The notes: generated by a model not told the origin, from the letters alone. Shown: positions 19,892 through 29,327, counted from the stretch's first letter. The stretch is 64,000 nt of DNA from an uncultured Desulfobacter sp. (GCA_963665095.1 OY762069.1:6304001-6368000), one strand, 5' to 3'. Program-made: numbers and translations.

Positions 19892-20893
19892 TCATGGGAT
19901 TCCTTCTTCCTTTTTATTTGCTGTTGTATTGGTTCCTGCCACGGCAGGGATGCCAAAGGATTTAAAATAATCTGCCAGGCGCTGGGTCTCCTGATGTATG
20001 GTTTCTGCATCCGGCATGTTTTTATCTGCCATGGGGTAGGGCCGGCCCAGGGCTTTATATTTTTCAAGCCCCAGTGGGCGGTAGGGCAGCAGCTGTAGCT
20101 GGATGATGCGGTTGGCAAGTGTCTCCGTGATATACTTGGCTGTAGCGCTGACATTGGTCCTGTCATTGTTTACCCCGGGAATCACGGGGATGCGGATGAT
20201 CAGCGGTACCCGGTTCTGTGCCAGAAAAGCAATGTTGGATACAATCTGTTTGTTATCCACCCCGGTAAAGGTCCTGTGCTGCACAGGATCCATATGCTTG
20301 ATATCTGTGATGATCAGGTCTGCAGTGGGAAAGACCTTTTCAAGGATCTTCTGGGGACAGTGAAGGGCGGTTTCAAGGCAGGTGTGGATGCCTTCACCCC
20401 GACAGGCAGTGAGCAGTGCCCGGGTGAATTCCCACTGGACCAGGGCTTCGCCCCCGGACACCGTGACCCCGCCACCGGATTTTTCATAGAACTCCCGGTC
20501 TTTGACAATAACGGCCATGACCTCATCCACGGTCATTTTTTTGCCGAAAAAAGAGACCGCATTGCCCGGGCAGGCATCTGCACATTCAAAACACCCGGTG
20601 CAAAGATCCTGGTTGATGCCTGATATCTGGCCGTTGGTATGCACCAGGGCGTTAGCCGGACAGGCCGGGATGCAGAATCCGCATTTATCTGTTCCCAGAC
20701 ACCGGTCCGGGTGGATGGCGGGTTCGGGTTTCAGGGCCTGGCTTTCCGGATTGGAACACCAGAGGCAGCGCAGGGGACATCCTTTAAGGAACACCTCGGT
20801 GCGGATACCTGGGCCGTCATGGATGGTAAAGTGCTGGATGTTGAAAACAATCCCCTGCCTGGATGGGCCCGTCCGGGCCGGTGCGTCCGGCAT
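19892..20893 (-). CDS. glycyl-radical enzyme activating enzyme (radical SAM with ferredoxin insert)
   Basis: HDGPGIRT, CPLRCLWCSNPE, two extra Cys clusters, GGVTVSGGEA. Confidence 0.95.
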   Translation of the reverse strand: MPDAPARTGPSRQGIVFNIQHFTIHDGPGIRTEVFLKGCPLRCLWCSNPESQALKPEPAIHPDRCLGTDKCGFCIPACPANALVHTNGQISGINQDLCTGCFECADACPGNAVSFFGKKMTVDEVMAVIVKDREFYEKSGGGVTVSGGEALVQWEFTRALLTACRGEGIHTCLETALHCPQKILEKVFPTADLIITDIKHMDPVQHRTFTGVDNKQIVSNIAFLAQNRVPLIIRIPVIPGVNNDRTNVSATAKYITETLANRIIQLQLLPYRPLGLEKYKALGRPYPMADKNMPDAETIHQETQRLADYFKSFGIPAVAGTNTTANKKEEGIP

Positions 20894-20896
20894 GGG

Positions 20897-23425
20897 TTAG
20901 AAATCAAGCTCCGTGCGGCCGATGATGTCATACTGCAGCGGCTTGCTCAACTCCACAAAATAGGCGGAGTAGCCTGCCACCCGCACCACCAGGTGCCGGT
21001 ACTTTTCCGGGTGCTTCAGTGCCTCCAGAAGGGTCTCACGGCTCACAATATTGAACTGGGAGTGCATGCCTTTCCGGTCAAAGTACACGTCAATGAGCGA
21101 GATCAGGTTATCCCGCCCGGCGTCACCGGATACGCAGGCAGGGGTGAATTTCCAGTTAAGAAGGGTGCCGTTGCCGGCCCGGATGTGGTCCAGCTTGGTC
21201 ACGGATTTGGCAATGGCTGTGGGGCCTTTGATGTCGTGGGACCCGCCGTCGGTATGCACGGCCCCTAGACAGTCAGACACCGGTTCCAGGGCCTTTCGCC
21301 CCTCCACCGAGGCCCATTGCAGCAAACCTATGGCCACGTTGGCGGATACCGAATAAACCCCTGGCAGGTAGATGCCGCCCCGGGCGTTGCGCCGGCCTTC
21401 AATGTGCATGCAATAGGTGTCTGTGGCAAACCGGGCCAGCTCGTCTGCATAATCATCGTCATTGCCGTAATGGGGCACCTTGTCTGAGTTGACCAGGGTG
21501 TAAAGGGCTTCCGATCCCTGCCAGTTGTTCTCGCAGGCCTCCAGGAGATCCGCTCCTGTGAACCGTTTTTTGTCAAACACCAGGTGTTTGATGGTGGAAA
21601 GCCCGTCCGCCACCGTGCCCACGCCCACCGCCTGGGGACCGGTGAAGTTGTATACGGCACCGCCGGCGGTAACATCTCTTCCCCTTTCAATGCAGTCGTC
21701 CATGATGGCGGACAAAAAAGGCAGGGGTTTGAGTTCCTGGTGGACCTGGTCCATAAGTTCCGTAGCACTGACCATCTGGTCGGTCCAGTATTTCATCTGT
21801 TTGTTATAGGCGGCTTTTACCTGGTCAAAAGAGGTGAACTCCCTGAGGCTGCCTGTGGCAGGACCTAAACGAAGTCCTCTGCCCCCGCATTCATCCCAGC
21901 GTATGCAATGGGCGCCGCAGCCGATGCACCGGCCGTCATTGATGGCAAGTTCCAGTACCTTGGCAATGGAGAAATAGGCAGAGTCGTGCCAGCCGTACTC
22001 CTTGCCCCCGGCGTCAATCTCCACGCACCCCACCACATGGTAGTTACGGGCGTCTTCCAGGCTCCGGCCGGCTTTCCGGGAGGCCGGGATGGCCGCCTGG
22101 TCATTGAATAGCTTGGGCTGGCCCGTGCCGATGCGGATAACATTCACCGCCTTTACCTTGAACTGCCAGGGTGTGTTTTCATGGAACCGCACGGCCAGCC
22201 AGGGAACGCCGATGCGCAGATGGGCGTCGGCATCCAGGACCATGTAGCTTAAGTCATTGGTGGCGTCATTGCCATCCTTGTCCACACCGCCCACGGTGAG
22301 ACTGTCCCCGCCCATGCCGCGGCCGGAGTTGGCGATCACCGTGAGCCGGTCCCGGAGCTTGGTCCACCACAGGTCCTTGATAAAGGAGATTTCAATGAGC
22401 TCCTGGATCTCTTCCCTGGTTGCCCGGCCGGCGTTGATGTCGTTTTTGTAAAAGGGATACATGTACTGGTCAAAGCGGCCGAATGATACCGAGTGCCCGT
22501 TGGATTCAACCAGGATCAGGGTGGTGGCCATGTACCACAGCTGCAGGGCCTGGCGGAAGGTTTTCGGCGGCGTTTCAGCCACATGGGTGCATGTTTCGCT
22601 GATGGTGACAAGCTCTTTTTTCCAGTCCGGGTCTGATGTCTTTTCCGCCATTTCACGGGCAAGTTTGGCATACCGCAAAAGATAGTTGGTGGCCGCATCC
22701 AGCACAATCAACTCGGCCTGGTAAAAGGTCCGCTTTTTCAAGTTTTCCGGAAGCGTTACATCCAGTTCCATCATTTTTTTGCGAACTTGGGCCTTAATAC
22801 CGGAAAAGCCAAGTTCAAACAGTTTTTCATAATTGCCCTGGGTATGTCCCACCCCGCCGAAAAGGTACAAGTTGAGCAGGAACAGCCCCTTGCCCAGGTT
22901 GGAACCCTTAACCTCGTCCGGGCTCATCCTGGCCCGTACCGACTCCTCAACGGTTTTGCCCTTCCAGAAACCGGCAATGCCGGCAAGCGCTTTCTCACTT
23001 CGTTTCGAGATATAATAGTTGTCATGGAGCCGGTCCTTCCATGGATGGTTTTTCATCTCATCCATGATCCAGTCATAGGAGAACTCCGGGAAGATGGGGG
23101 CAGATTTCATAGGGGCGGCCATCTGGCCGACGATCAGTTCGTCTTTTTGGATGGAGATGGCCACGTTTTCAAGCACATGGGCAAAGGCCCGGGCACATTT
23201 GATAAGCTGGGGCTTGTCCCTGTGCATCTTATAAGCTTCAGTCACGAGGCAGGCCCGCTGGTGATCCACGGTGAATTCGGTGTCCAGCACAAATTTTCTG
23301 AACCGGTTGACCCGCTCAAAAGGAGAGGGCGCTTCATTCATCCCGGATTCCCCCACCGGCCAGACCCTGTCAAACGGTTCAATCCCGCAGGGCATCTCCT
23401 GCTTGTCTAATTCAGGTACTCCCAT
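20897..23425 (-). CDS. glycyl radical enzyme, diol-dehydratase-like eliminase of unknown substrate
   Basis: GCVE thiyl loop, RVAGYS glycyl loop, GGVGH, ESNGHS, GWHDSAYF; GGAGG RBS before ATG 23425. Confidence 0.92.
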   Translation of the reverse strand: MGVPELDKQEMPCGIEPFDRVWPVGESGMNEAPSPFERVNRFRKFVLDTEFTVDHQRACLVTEAYKMHRDKPQLIKCARAFAHVLENVAISIQKDELIVGQMAAPMKSAPIFPEFSYDWIMDEMKNHPWKDRLHDNYYISKRSEKALAGIAGFWKGKTVEESVRARMSPDEVKGSNLGKGLFLLNLYLFGGVGHTQGNYEKLFELGFSGIKAQVRKKMMELDVTLPENLKKRTFYQAELIVLDAATNYLLRYAKLAREMAEKTSDPDWKKELVTISETCTHVAETPPKTFRQALQLWYMATTLILVESNGHSVSFGRFDQYMYPFYKNDINAGRATREEIQELIEISFIKDLWWTKLRDRLTVIANSGRGMGGDSLTVGGVDKDGNDATNDLSYMVLDADAHLRIGVPWLAVRFHENTPWQFKVKAVNVIRIGTGQPKLFNDQAAIPASRKAGRSLEDARNYHVVGCVEIDAGGKEYGWHDSAYFSIAKVLELAINDGRCIGCGAHCIRWDECGGRGLRLGPATGSLREFTSFDQVKAAYNKQMKYWTDQMVSATELMDQVHQELKPLPFLSAIMDDCIERGRDVTAGGAVYNFTGPQAVGVGTVADGLSTIKHLVFDKKRFTGADLLEACENNWQGSEALYTLVNSDKVPHYGNDDDYADELARFATDTYCMHIEGRRNARGGIYLPGVYSVSANVAIGLLQWASVEGRKALEPVSDCLGAVHTDGGSHDIKGPTAIAKSVTKLDHIRAGNGTLLNWKFTPACVSGDAGRDNLISLIDVYFDRKGMHSQFNIVSRETLLEALKHPEKYRHLVVRVAGYSAYFVELSKPLQYDIIGRTELDF

Positions 23426-23472
23426 ACCCCCCTCCTTGTTTTTGTTTGTTTCTGGAACCTTATGTCCAAACA

Positions 23473-23826
23473 CTATTTCATTAATTCCAGGGCCCTTGCA
23501 AACCACATAAACTCCTTGAAACTGCCCTCAACAATGACCTTTTTTTCTGTCAGCGCCGCCACAATGGCCTCATCATTTTTACAGGTCATGGTGTTAAAGG
23601 CTGTGTCCTGGTCACACCACACCATGGCCGCATCAAAGGTGTCTATATTTCTGGATGAGCGAATCAGACCGTTGCTGAAAACATATTGTCTGCCGGTATT
23701 CTTCCGGCTGGTTGTGATGGTGACGGAAAGTTCCTTGCCCTGGATAAATTTTTTAAAGACCGGATTGTTTCGGGCTGCTTTTTTCAGTTTTTGCGCCAGA
23801 ATAAATAGAACAAGATGGAATTTCAT
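23473..23826 (-). CDS. small SCP2-like hypothetical protein
   Basis: 117 aa between tetR and the GRE; D.AMVW...AF..M....AL.E.K.IVEG pattern resembles the SCP2 fold. Confidence 0.6.
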   Translation of the reverse strand: MKFHLVLFILAQKLKKAARNNPVFKKFIQGKELSVTITTSRKNTGRQYVFSNGLIRSSRNIDTFDAAMVWCDQDTAFNTMTCKNDEAIVAALTEKKVIVEGSFKEFMWFARALELMK

Positions 23827-23852
23827 AGAGCCGAATCCTTATGGGATTTTGG

Positions 23853-24554
23853 TTAGGGGTGACGTTTGTCCTCAGGCACGGTTTTTAATATCGGCCGACT
23901 GTTTATTAGGTCAATGCGCTGGCGTGTATTTTCCAGGGTGCGTGTGATGATTTCCTCTTTCAGGGTCAAAGGGGCGCCATGCAGGTACTGTAAAAGCGTA
24001 TTGTTGATGCCGGCGACATATCCGTGCATCTGCGACCAGATAATGATAAATTCCTGGCGCAGCAGTTCTTCTGTCCTGGTATCGGGCGGGTTGTCCAGAC
24101 AGGCCGCCAGGATATCCATGAAAAAGACAACACATTCAAGGGCCGAGGCCAACTGTTTTTCCGCTGTCTCTTCCACCGGGGTGCCGATATAATCATTGTA
24201 TTTGGGGACATGCCAGGTAAAAAGCAGATTGTAAAAATTGGCCTGGGAAAGTCCGAAATCCACATAGGTCCGGATGATGGCCTCAAGGCGCTTTGGGGGG
24301 GTGTCACAGGTGTCAGTTGCCCTTTTAAAGGAGTCAAGGAGCTGCTCAAACCCTTTAATGAGCAGGTGAAGATAGAGATCGTCCTGGCTGTGGAAATAGT
24401 TGTAGATTGTCTTTGCGGCAATGGAGAGCCGGGTGCCCAGTTTTCTCATGCTGAAACCGTCATAGCCGTCGGTCACAATAAGATCCAGGGCATGATTCAT
24501 AATGGTTTCTCGAACAACATCAATCTCTTCGGGACTGCGGTGAACTTTAGGCAT
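23853..24554 (-). CDS. TetR/AcrR family regulator
   Basis: GYDGFSMRKLGTRLSIAAKTIYNYF HTH; IWSQMHG (WHG-type C-terminal domain). Confidence 0.93.
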   Translation of the reverse strand: MPKVHRSPEEIDVVRETIMNHALDLIVTDGYDGFSMRKLGTRLSIAAKTIYNYFHSQDDLYLHLLIKGFEQLLDSFKRATDTCDTPPKRLEAIIRTYVDFGLSQANFYNLLFTWHVPKYNDYIGTPVEETAEKQLASALECVVFFMDILAACLDNPPDTRTEELLRQEFIIIWSQMHGYVAGINNTLLQYLHGAPLTLKEEIITRTLENTRQRIDLINSRPILKTVPEDKRHP

Positions 24555-24581
24555 GTCGCCTCCTTTTCAGGGATATAATTT

Positions 24582-24599
24582 TTACCGTAACACCGTTAC
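24582..24599. promoter_or_regulatory. putative TetR operator
   Basis: Overlapping palindromes TTAC-C-GTAA and GTAAC-ACC-GTTAC just downstream of a minus-strand TTGACG -35. Confidence 0.55.
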
Positions 24600-24786
24600 T
24601 TTTTTGCGTCAAGGGGAGGCTGGCCTTTTATGAGAATGGGAAACTTATTGTTTTTTTTGAAGAATATTATTGCTGTGCAGAACTGTCTGCCTGGTGCCGA
24701 TGATGGCGGAGGAAAGAGTTGGTTACAATCGGCACCAGGCGGTGTTATTTGTCAGGGTGACGTGCTGCAATGGGCGGTCCGTGCTG

Positions 24787-25527
24787 TTATTCAAGATGCC
24801 CGAATTTTTGCTCAAAAGCGCAGAAAACGATTTCTGCAGCCTGGGATTCGTCCTTTATATGTTTTTTGTTGATCACCAGGTCAAACTCTTCCGGGGCGGC
24901 GTTGTTTGAATTATAGATTGTTTTAAAGAAATCCGTCTGTTCTTTATCCAGTTTTTTGAGCTGATTCTCTGCCTTTTGCGCCGTTATGCCAAGCATTTTG
25001 GACAGTCGCGAAATCCTGTATTCCGTATCAGCAATTACTCTGACCGCAAGCACACTTTCCCTGGGCAGGATCAGGTGGATGCCCCTTCCCACAAAGATGG
25101 TGGGCTCCATACCGGCCAGGACAGCCGCAGTTTTCGCCAGATGTCTGGCATAATCACTTTTTAAATAGGTTTTTTCGCTGATCAGCATGGTAAACAGTTC
25201 GCTCATGATGCCGGGATATTTTTCATCAAAAAACTCCACAGCTTTTTTCGTCAGATCTTTTTCCTGGGCCATGAATTCCAGGATTTCCCGGTCAATGACT
25301 CTCATGGGCAGGCGGTCCGCTAACAGATCCGCGATTTTCAGCGCCCCGACCCCGATCTGGCGGGAAAAGCAGATGCAGGGAAAGATTGCATTGGCAGGCA
25401 GTTTTTTAGACTCTTTTTCAGGTGACTGGCCCCATTTTCTAATGTTGACTTCTGCCCAGGCAGCGGCGCTCAGTCTTTTCTTCCCGTAATCACCGGGTAT
25501 ATAGCCGGTTTTTGTGTCATCAGTCAT
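24787..25527 (-). CDS. cytidylate kinase-like family protein (paralog 1)
   Basis: ICFSRQIGVG, IDREIL, IFVGRG, FDLVIN; GGAGGAG RBS before ATG 25527. Confidence 0.85.
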   Translation of the reverse strand: MTDDTKTGYIPGDYGKKRLSAAAWAEVNIRKWGQSPEKESKKLPANAIFPCICFSRQIGVGALKIADLLADRLPMRVIDREILEFMAQEKDLTKKAVEFFDEKYPGIMSELFTMLISEKTYLKSDYARHLAKTAAVLAGMEPTIFVGRGIHLILPRESVLAVRVIADTEYRISRLSKMLGITAQKAENQLKKLDKEQTDFFKTIYNSNNAAPEEFDLVINKKHIKDESQAAEIVFCAFEQKFGHLE

Positions 25528-25662
25528 GATATCTCCTCCTCCTGTTTGTGAAAGATCCGATAAAGCGCGGACGCTTTCTAATTTCTGGTGTGGACCGAAC
25601 CAGCGATGCATAAACCGGGGACGGTCCGTGACCGTCAAAAAATCTTTATACCATCAAGAGGA

Positions 25663-25677
25663 GCAATAAAAATGCCA
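25663..25677 (-). promoter_or_regulatory. sigma54 promoter
   Basis: TGGCAT-TTTTA-TTGC. Confidence 0.75.
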
Positions 25678-25874
25678 TGGAGAAGCCAGATTTGATTTTA
25701 ATATAACTCTTTAAATTGATTGTTTATCCGCATGTTGTGAATGGCGCTTTCGCCCAGGCAGGCAGGCTGAAGTGTCGGTTTTTTTGCCGTTGTGAAAAAG
25801 CGGCTGACAGGCACAAAAGCAGACGGTTGCCGTTCTGTGACCGGTACAGCAGCGAATATTGGCTGTTGCAGGGG

Positions 25875-26615
25875 TTATGTCAGGTGTCCGAATTTATGCT
25901 CAAAGGCGCAGGAAACGATCTTCATGGCCTGGGATTCCTCCGTCAGATATTTTTTGTTAATCACCAAATCAAACTCTTCCGGGCTGGCGTCATTTTTATT
26001 GAATATTTTTTGAAAAAAGGCAGTCTGTTCCTGATCAAGCATGTTCAGCTGGTTTTCAGCCTTTTGTGCCGTGATCCCGAACATTCTGGATAGCCGTGAG
26101 ATCCGGTATGCCTTGTCTGCAATCACTCTGACCGCAAGTATGCTTTCCCGTGGCAGGATAAGGTGAATCCCTCTGCCCACAAAGATAGTGGGTTCCATGC
26201 CGGCCAGAACCGTCGCTGTTTTTGCCAGCTGCATGGCATAATCACTTTTTAAAAACGGCCTTTCTTTGATCACAGAGGAAAAGATGTTGTCAGCGACGCC
26301 GGGGTGTTCTTCCTCAAAAAATGCCTCTGCCTTTTTTGTCAGGTCTTTTTCCTGCGTCATGAATTCCAGTATTTGCCGGTCAATGACCCGCATGGGCAGA
26401 TGTCTGGCTAAAAGATCTGCAATTTTCAGGGTGCCGACTCCGATCTGCCTGGAGAAGCAGATACAGGGATAGATGGCATTGGGCGGCAGTTTTCTCGGCT
26501 TTTTATCCGGTGCCTTGTCCATGTTTTTAATATGGGTGTCTGCCCAGTCAGCGACATGCTGCCTTTTCTGGCCGTAGTCACCGGGCAAATAGGTCGTTTT
26601 TTCGTCTTTGGTCAT
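25875..26615 (-). CDS. cytidylate kinase-like family protein (paralog 2)
   Basis: Same length (246 aa) and clearly homologous to 24787-25527. Confidence 0.85.
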   Translation of the reverse strand: MTKDEKTTYLPGDYGQKRQHVADWADTHIKNMDKAPDKKPRKLPPNAIYPCICFSRQIGVGTLKIADLLARHLPMRVIDRQILEFMTQEKDLTKKAEAFFEEEHPGVADNIFSSVIKERPFLKSDYAMQLAKTATVLAGMEPTIFVGRGIHLILPRESILAVRVIADKAYRISRLSRMFGITAQKAENQLNMLDQEQTAFFQKIFNKNDASPEEFDLVINKKYLTEESQAMKIVSCAFEHKFGHLT

Positions 26616-26748
26616 AGTCTGTTTCCCCCTTTCATTTAAATACGGGCTGCATACGGCACAATATTTCTACCGTATAATTACAAACCGTATCCTGGGCCAA
26701 ACAACCGGGATGGTCTGAGATTTCCATTATTTTCAGACTACTGAAAAA

Positions 26749-26763
26749 GCAATAAAAATGCCA
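26749..26763 (-). promoter_or_regulatory. sigma54 promoter
   Basis: TGGCAT-TTTTA-TTGC, identical to 25663-25677. Confidence 0.75.
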
Positions 26764-26843
26764 TATCAAAAACGTCAAACCGGACAATAAAACCCGGCCT
26801 TGACGAATTATCAATTGTCAGCCATAGTAGGCTTTCGAAAATA

Positions 26844-26940
26844 ACCTTTGCTGGGGGCGCTTTAAACGGCTGAGAAGAAAACGTGCAAGTTTTCTGACCC
26901 TTGGAACCTGATGCGGATAATACCGACGCAGGGAAGCGGA
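26844..26940 (+). promoter_or_regulatory. TPP riboswitch
   Basis: GGGG..GCTGAGA..GACCCTT.GAACCTGA..CGGATAATACCG.CG.AGGGA consensus upstream of thiM. Confidence 0.93.
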
Positions 26941-27123
26941 TATAAAAACGGCTGGTCTGCCGTTTTATTCACGCCTTATTAATTCCCTGTAAAACAGCTT
27001 TTTTATTCCTGCCCGGGTTCCGTGGTGCCGCTTTTAATCCTATCCCTGACAAAATTCACGGGCTGACTTGAACGCCGGATAGAAGGACAGTTTGAGGCAG
27101 CCTGAAGGAGAGCCTGTTTATCT

Positions 27124-27990
27124 ATGCATACAGATGACATTGTAAAAAAGACATACGGTCTTTTGGCCCGGCTGAAAAAGGAAAACCCTCTGATTCATGT
27201 GGTCACCAACTTTGTGGTGATGAACCAGACGGCCAATGCCCTGCTGGCCTTAGGCGCCTCTCCCATGATGTCCTGGGCGGAGCCCGATGCAAGGTGTATG
27301 TCCGGAATATCTGATGCACTTTGCATCAATACCGGCACACCGGTTGAATCCCGTCTCGCTGTGATGAAAACTTTGATGACCATGGCTGAAAGGTTGAAGA
27401 AACCAGTGGTTCTGGACCCGGTGGGGGCAGGTGCAGGGCCATACAGGACGGACATTGCCAGGGCGCTTAACGCCATTGCACCGGCTAAGATCCTCAAGGG
27501 GAATGCCTCTGAGATCTGTGCCCTTGCCGGAAGCATGCAGGTCTCTAAGGGCGTGGAGAGTACAATTTCATCTGAACAGGCCAGAGAGATCCTTTTGGGG
27601 CACGGACGGCCCGCCGGTTCAGTGCAGAAAGTCCCAAAGGGTGCTGCTGCACTTTTTGCATCGGCGTCGGCCCTTGTTGTTTCGGGAAAGAGTGATTTTG
27701 TGATGGGGCAGGGCCAGGTGGTGCATATTCACAATGGTTCTGATCTCATGGGGATGGTGACAGGCACCGGGTGCATGCTGTCAGCCATTTGTGCGGCGTT
27801 TTATGCCGTGGCGGAAAACGCTTTTGATGCGGCAGTCAGTGCTGTGGCCATCACCGGGATTGCCGGCGAACTTGCCGGTGAGAGGGCAGCCGGGCCCGGC
27901 TTTTTCATGGGGCATTTTATTGACAGCCTTTACAGTCTTGACGAACAGACCATCAGCCAGCGCCTGAGGGCTGACATTCATTGCATTTAA
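27124..27990 (+). CDS. thiM: hydroxyethylthiazole kinase
   Basis: PLIHVVTNFV, ANALLALGASPMM, INTGT, VLDPVG, KGNASEI, VTGTGC. Confidence 0.93.
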   Translation: MHTDDIVKKTYGLLARLKKENPLIHVVTNFVVMNQTANALLALGASPMMSWAEPDARCMSGISDALCINTGTPVESRLAVMKTLMTMAERLKKPVVLDPVGAGAGPYRTDIARALNAIAPAKILKGNASEICALAGSMQVSKGVESTISSEQAREILLGHGRPAGSVQKVPKGAAALFASASALVVSGKSDFVMGQGQVVHIHNGSDLMGMVTGTGCMLSAICAAFYAVAENAFDAAVSAVAITGIAGELAGERAAGPGFFMGHFIDSLYSLDEQTISQRLRADIHCI

Positions 27991-28024
27991 CAAGGTAAGG
28001 CCTGCCGGCCTAAAGGAAAAATCA

Positions 28025-29266
28025 ATGACATATTTACAGAATAAAATAGAAAGGGCTGATCAAAAATCAGTTGCATTTGGAAAACTTTTTGCCTCCTTTG
28101 GCCCGGCATGGGTCATCAGTGCCGTGGCTGCCGGACCCGGCACCACCTTAAGTGTGGCCAAGGCCGGGGGGACTTATGGGTATGGTTTTTTGTGGGTGGT
28201 GATACTCAGCGTGGTGCTGGCCTTTGTCTGTCAGTACATGGCGGCCAAAACCGCACTCATCGGCGGCAGGGGTATCGTCTCTATCGTGGAGGAGAAATGG
28301 GGCAGGCTGCCTGCCTGGTTTGTGGCCCTGGATGCCCTGGCGGTGATCTGGCTGTGCAATGTGGTTCTCTTAAAAATTCTTGTGGCGGTGACAGGTTTTG
28401 TCACAGGTGTCAATACCCCCTGGTGGGGAGTTGTCTTTGTTGCATTGTTCTATGGCCTTGTGGCCCATGGCGGGTATAAGACTGTTGAAATGCTTTGCAA
28501 AATCATTGTTTCAATGCTTGTGGCCTGTTTTATCGGTACCTTGTTCATTGCCCGGCCGGACTGGGGGCAGGCCCTGGCCGGCCTGATACCGGATCTGACC
28601 CATTTCGGCAGGGCCGAGGTGCTGATGATGACAGCCATCATGGGCGGTTCCATTCATGTGACGATTCTGTCCATGCAGACCTATACCGTCCATGAAAAGG
28701 GATGGTGTGCCAAAGACTTGAAATCCGCCCGCACAGACACGGCTGTCTCTTTGCTGGGTGCTTTCGGGATTTATTGTACTGCCATTTACCTTACCGGGGC
28801 CTGCGTACTCCATCCGGCAGGCATCAAAGTAAACACCCTGTTTGAAATGGCAGATGCCATCACCCCGCTTTTAGGATCCTATGCCCACGGGTTTTTCTGC
28901 CTGGGGATCTGGTGTGCTGTATTCTCAACAGTCATGCCAACATTTATTGCCGCAGCTTATGTGCTGGGCGATAAAATGAAATGGGACATGCATCCCAAAA
29001 GTCCGGGATATAAACTGGTGGTCCTTGCCGGCTGTCTCATTGCCCTGCCCGGGGCCTTTCTCACAGGCCGACCTGTCAATCTTCTGCTCATCATGCTGGC
29101 CCTGTCATTCATGGGTACCCCGCTGTTTGTGGGCATTTTCTTATGGCTGCTCAATGACCGGGCCTGGGCCGGAGCAAATAAAAACGGATGGCTGTTAAAC
29201 ACAGGCGGTGCAGCCGCCCTGCTGGTGACCCTGTTTCTGGGCATTAAATGGGTGCTGCAGTTTTAG
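28025..29266 (+). CDS. NRAMP-superfamily transporter (non-canonical, no DPGN motif)
   Basis: FGPAWVISAVAAGPGT..AGGTYGYGFLW, ~11 TM segments. Confidence 0.8.
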   Translation: MTYLQNKIERADQKSVAFGKLFASFGPAWVISAVAAGPGTTLSVAKAGGTYGYGFLWVVILSVVLAFVCQYMAAKTALIGGRGIVSIVEEKWGRLPAWFVALDALAVIWLCNVVLLKILVAVTGFVTGVNTPWWGVVFVALFYGLVAHGGYKTVEMLCKIIVSMLVACFIGTLFIARPDWGQALAGLIPDLTHFGRAEVLMMTAIMGGSIHVTILSMQTYTVHEKGWCAKDLKSARTDTAVSLLGAFGIYCTAIYLTGACVLHPAGIKVNTLFEMADAITPLLGSYAHGFFCLGIWCAVFSTVMPTFIAAAYVLGDKMKWDMHPKSPGYKLVVLAGCLIALPGAFLTGRPVNLLLIMLALSFMGTPLFVGIFLWLLNDRAWAGANKNGWLLNTGGAAALLVTLFLGIKWVLQF

Positions 29267-29327
29267 ATCCCATGCCCGGTATCTGCACGCTGTTTTTTTG
29301 GGGGCTTCCCCATTGCCATATCCGGCC

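Noticed and set aside
20897..23425. Annotation as pyruvate formate-lyase or choline TMA-lyase
   Set aside because: It has a single Cys (GCVE) rather than the PFL CC pair, and it lacks the CutC-type context (GCVEP, microcompartment genes).
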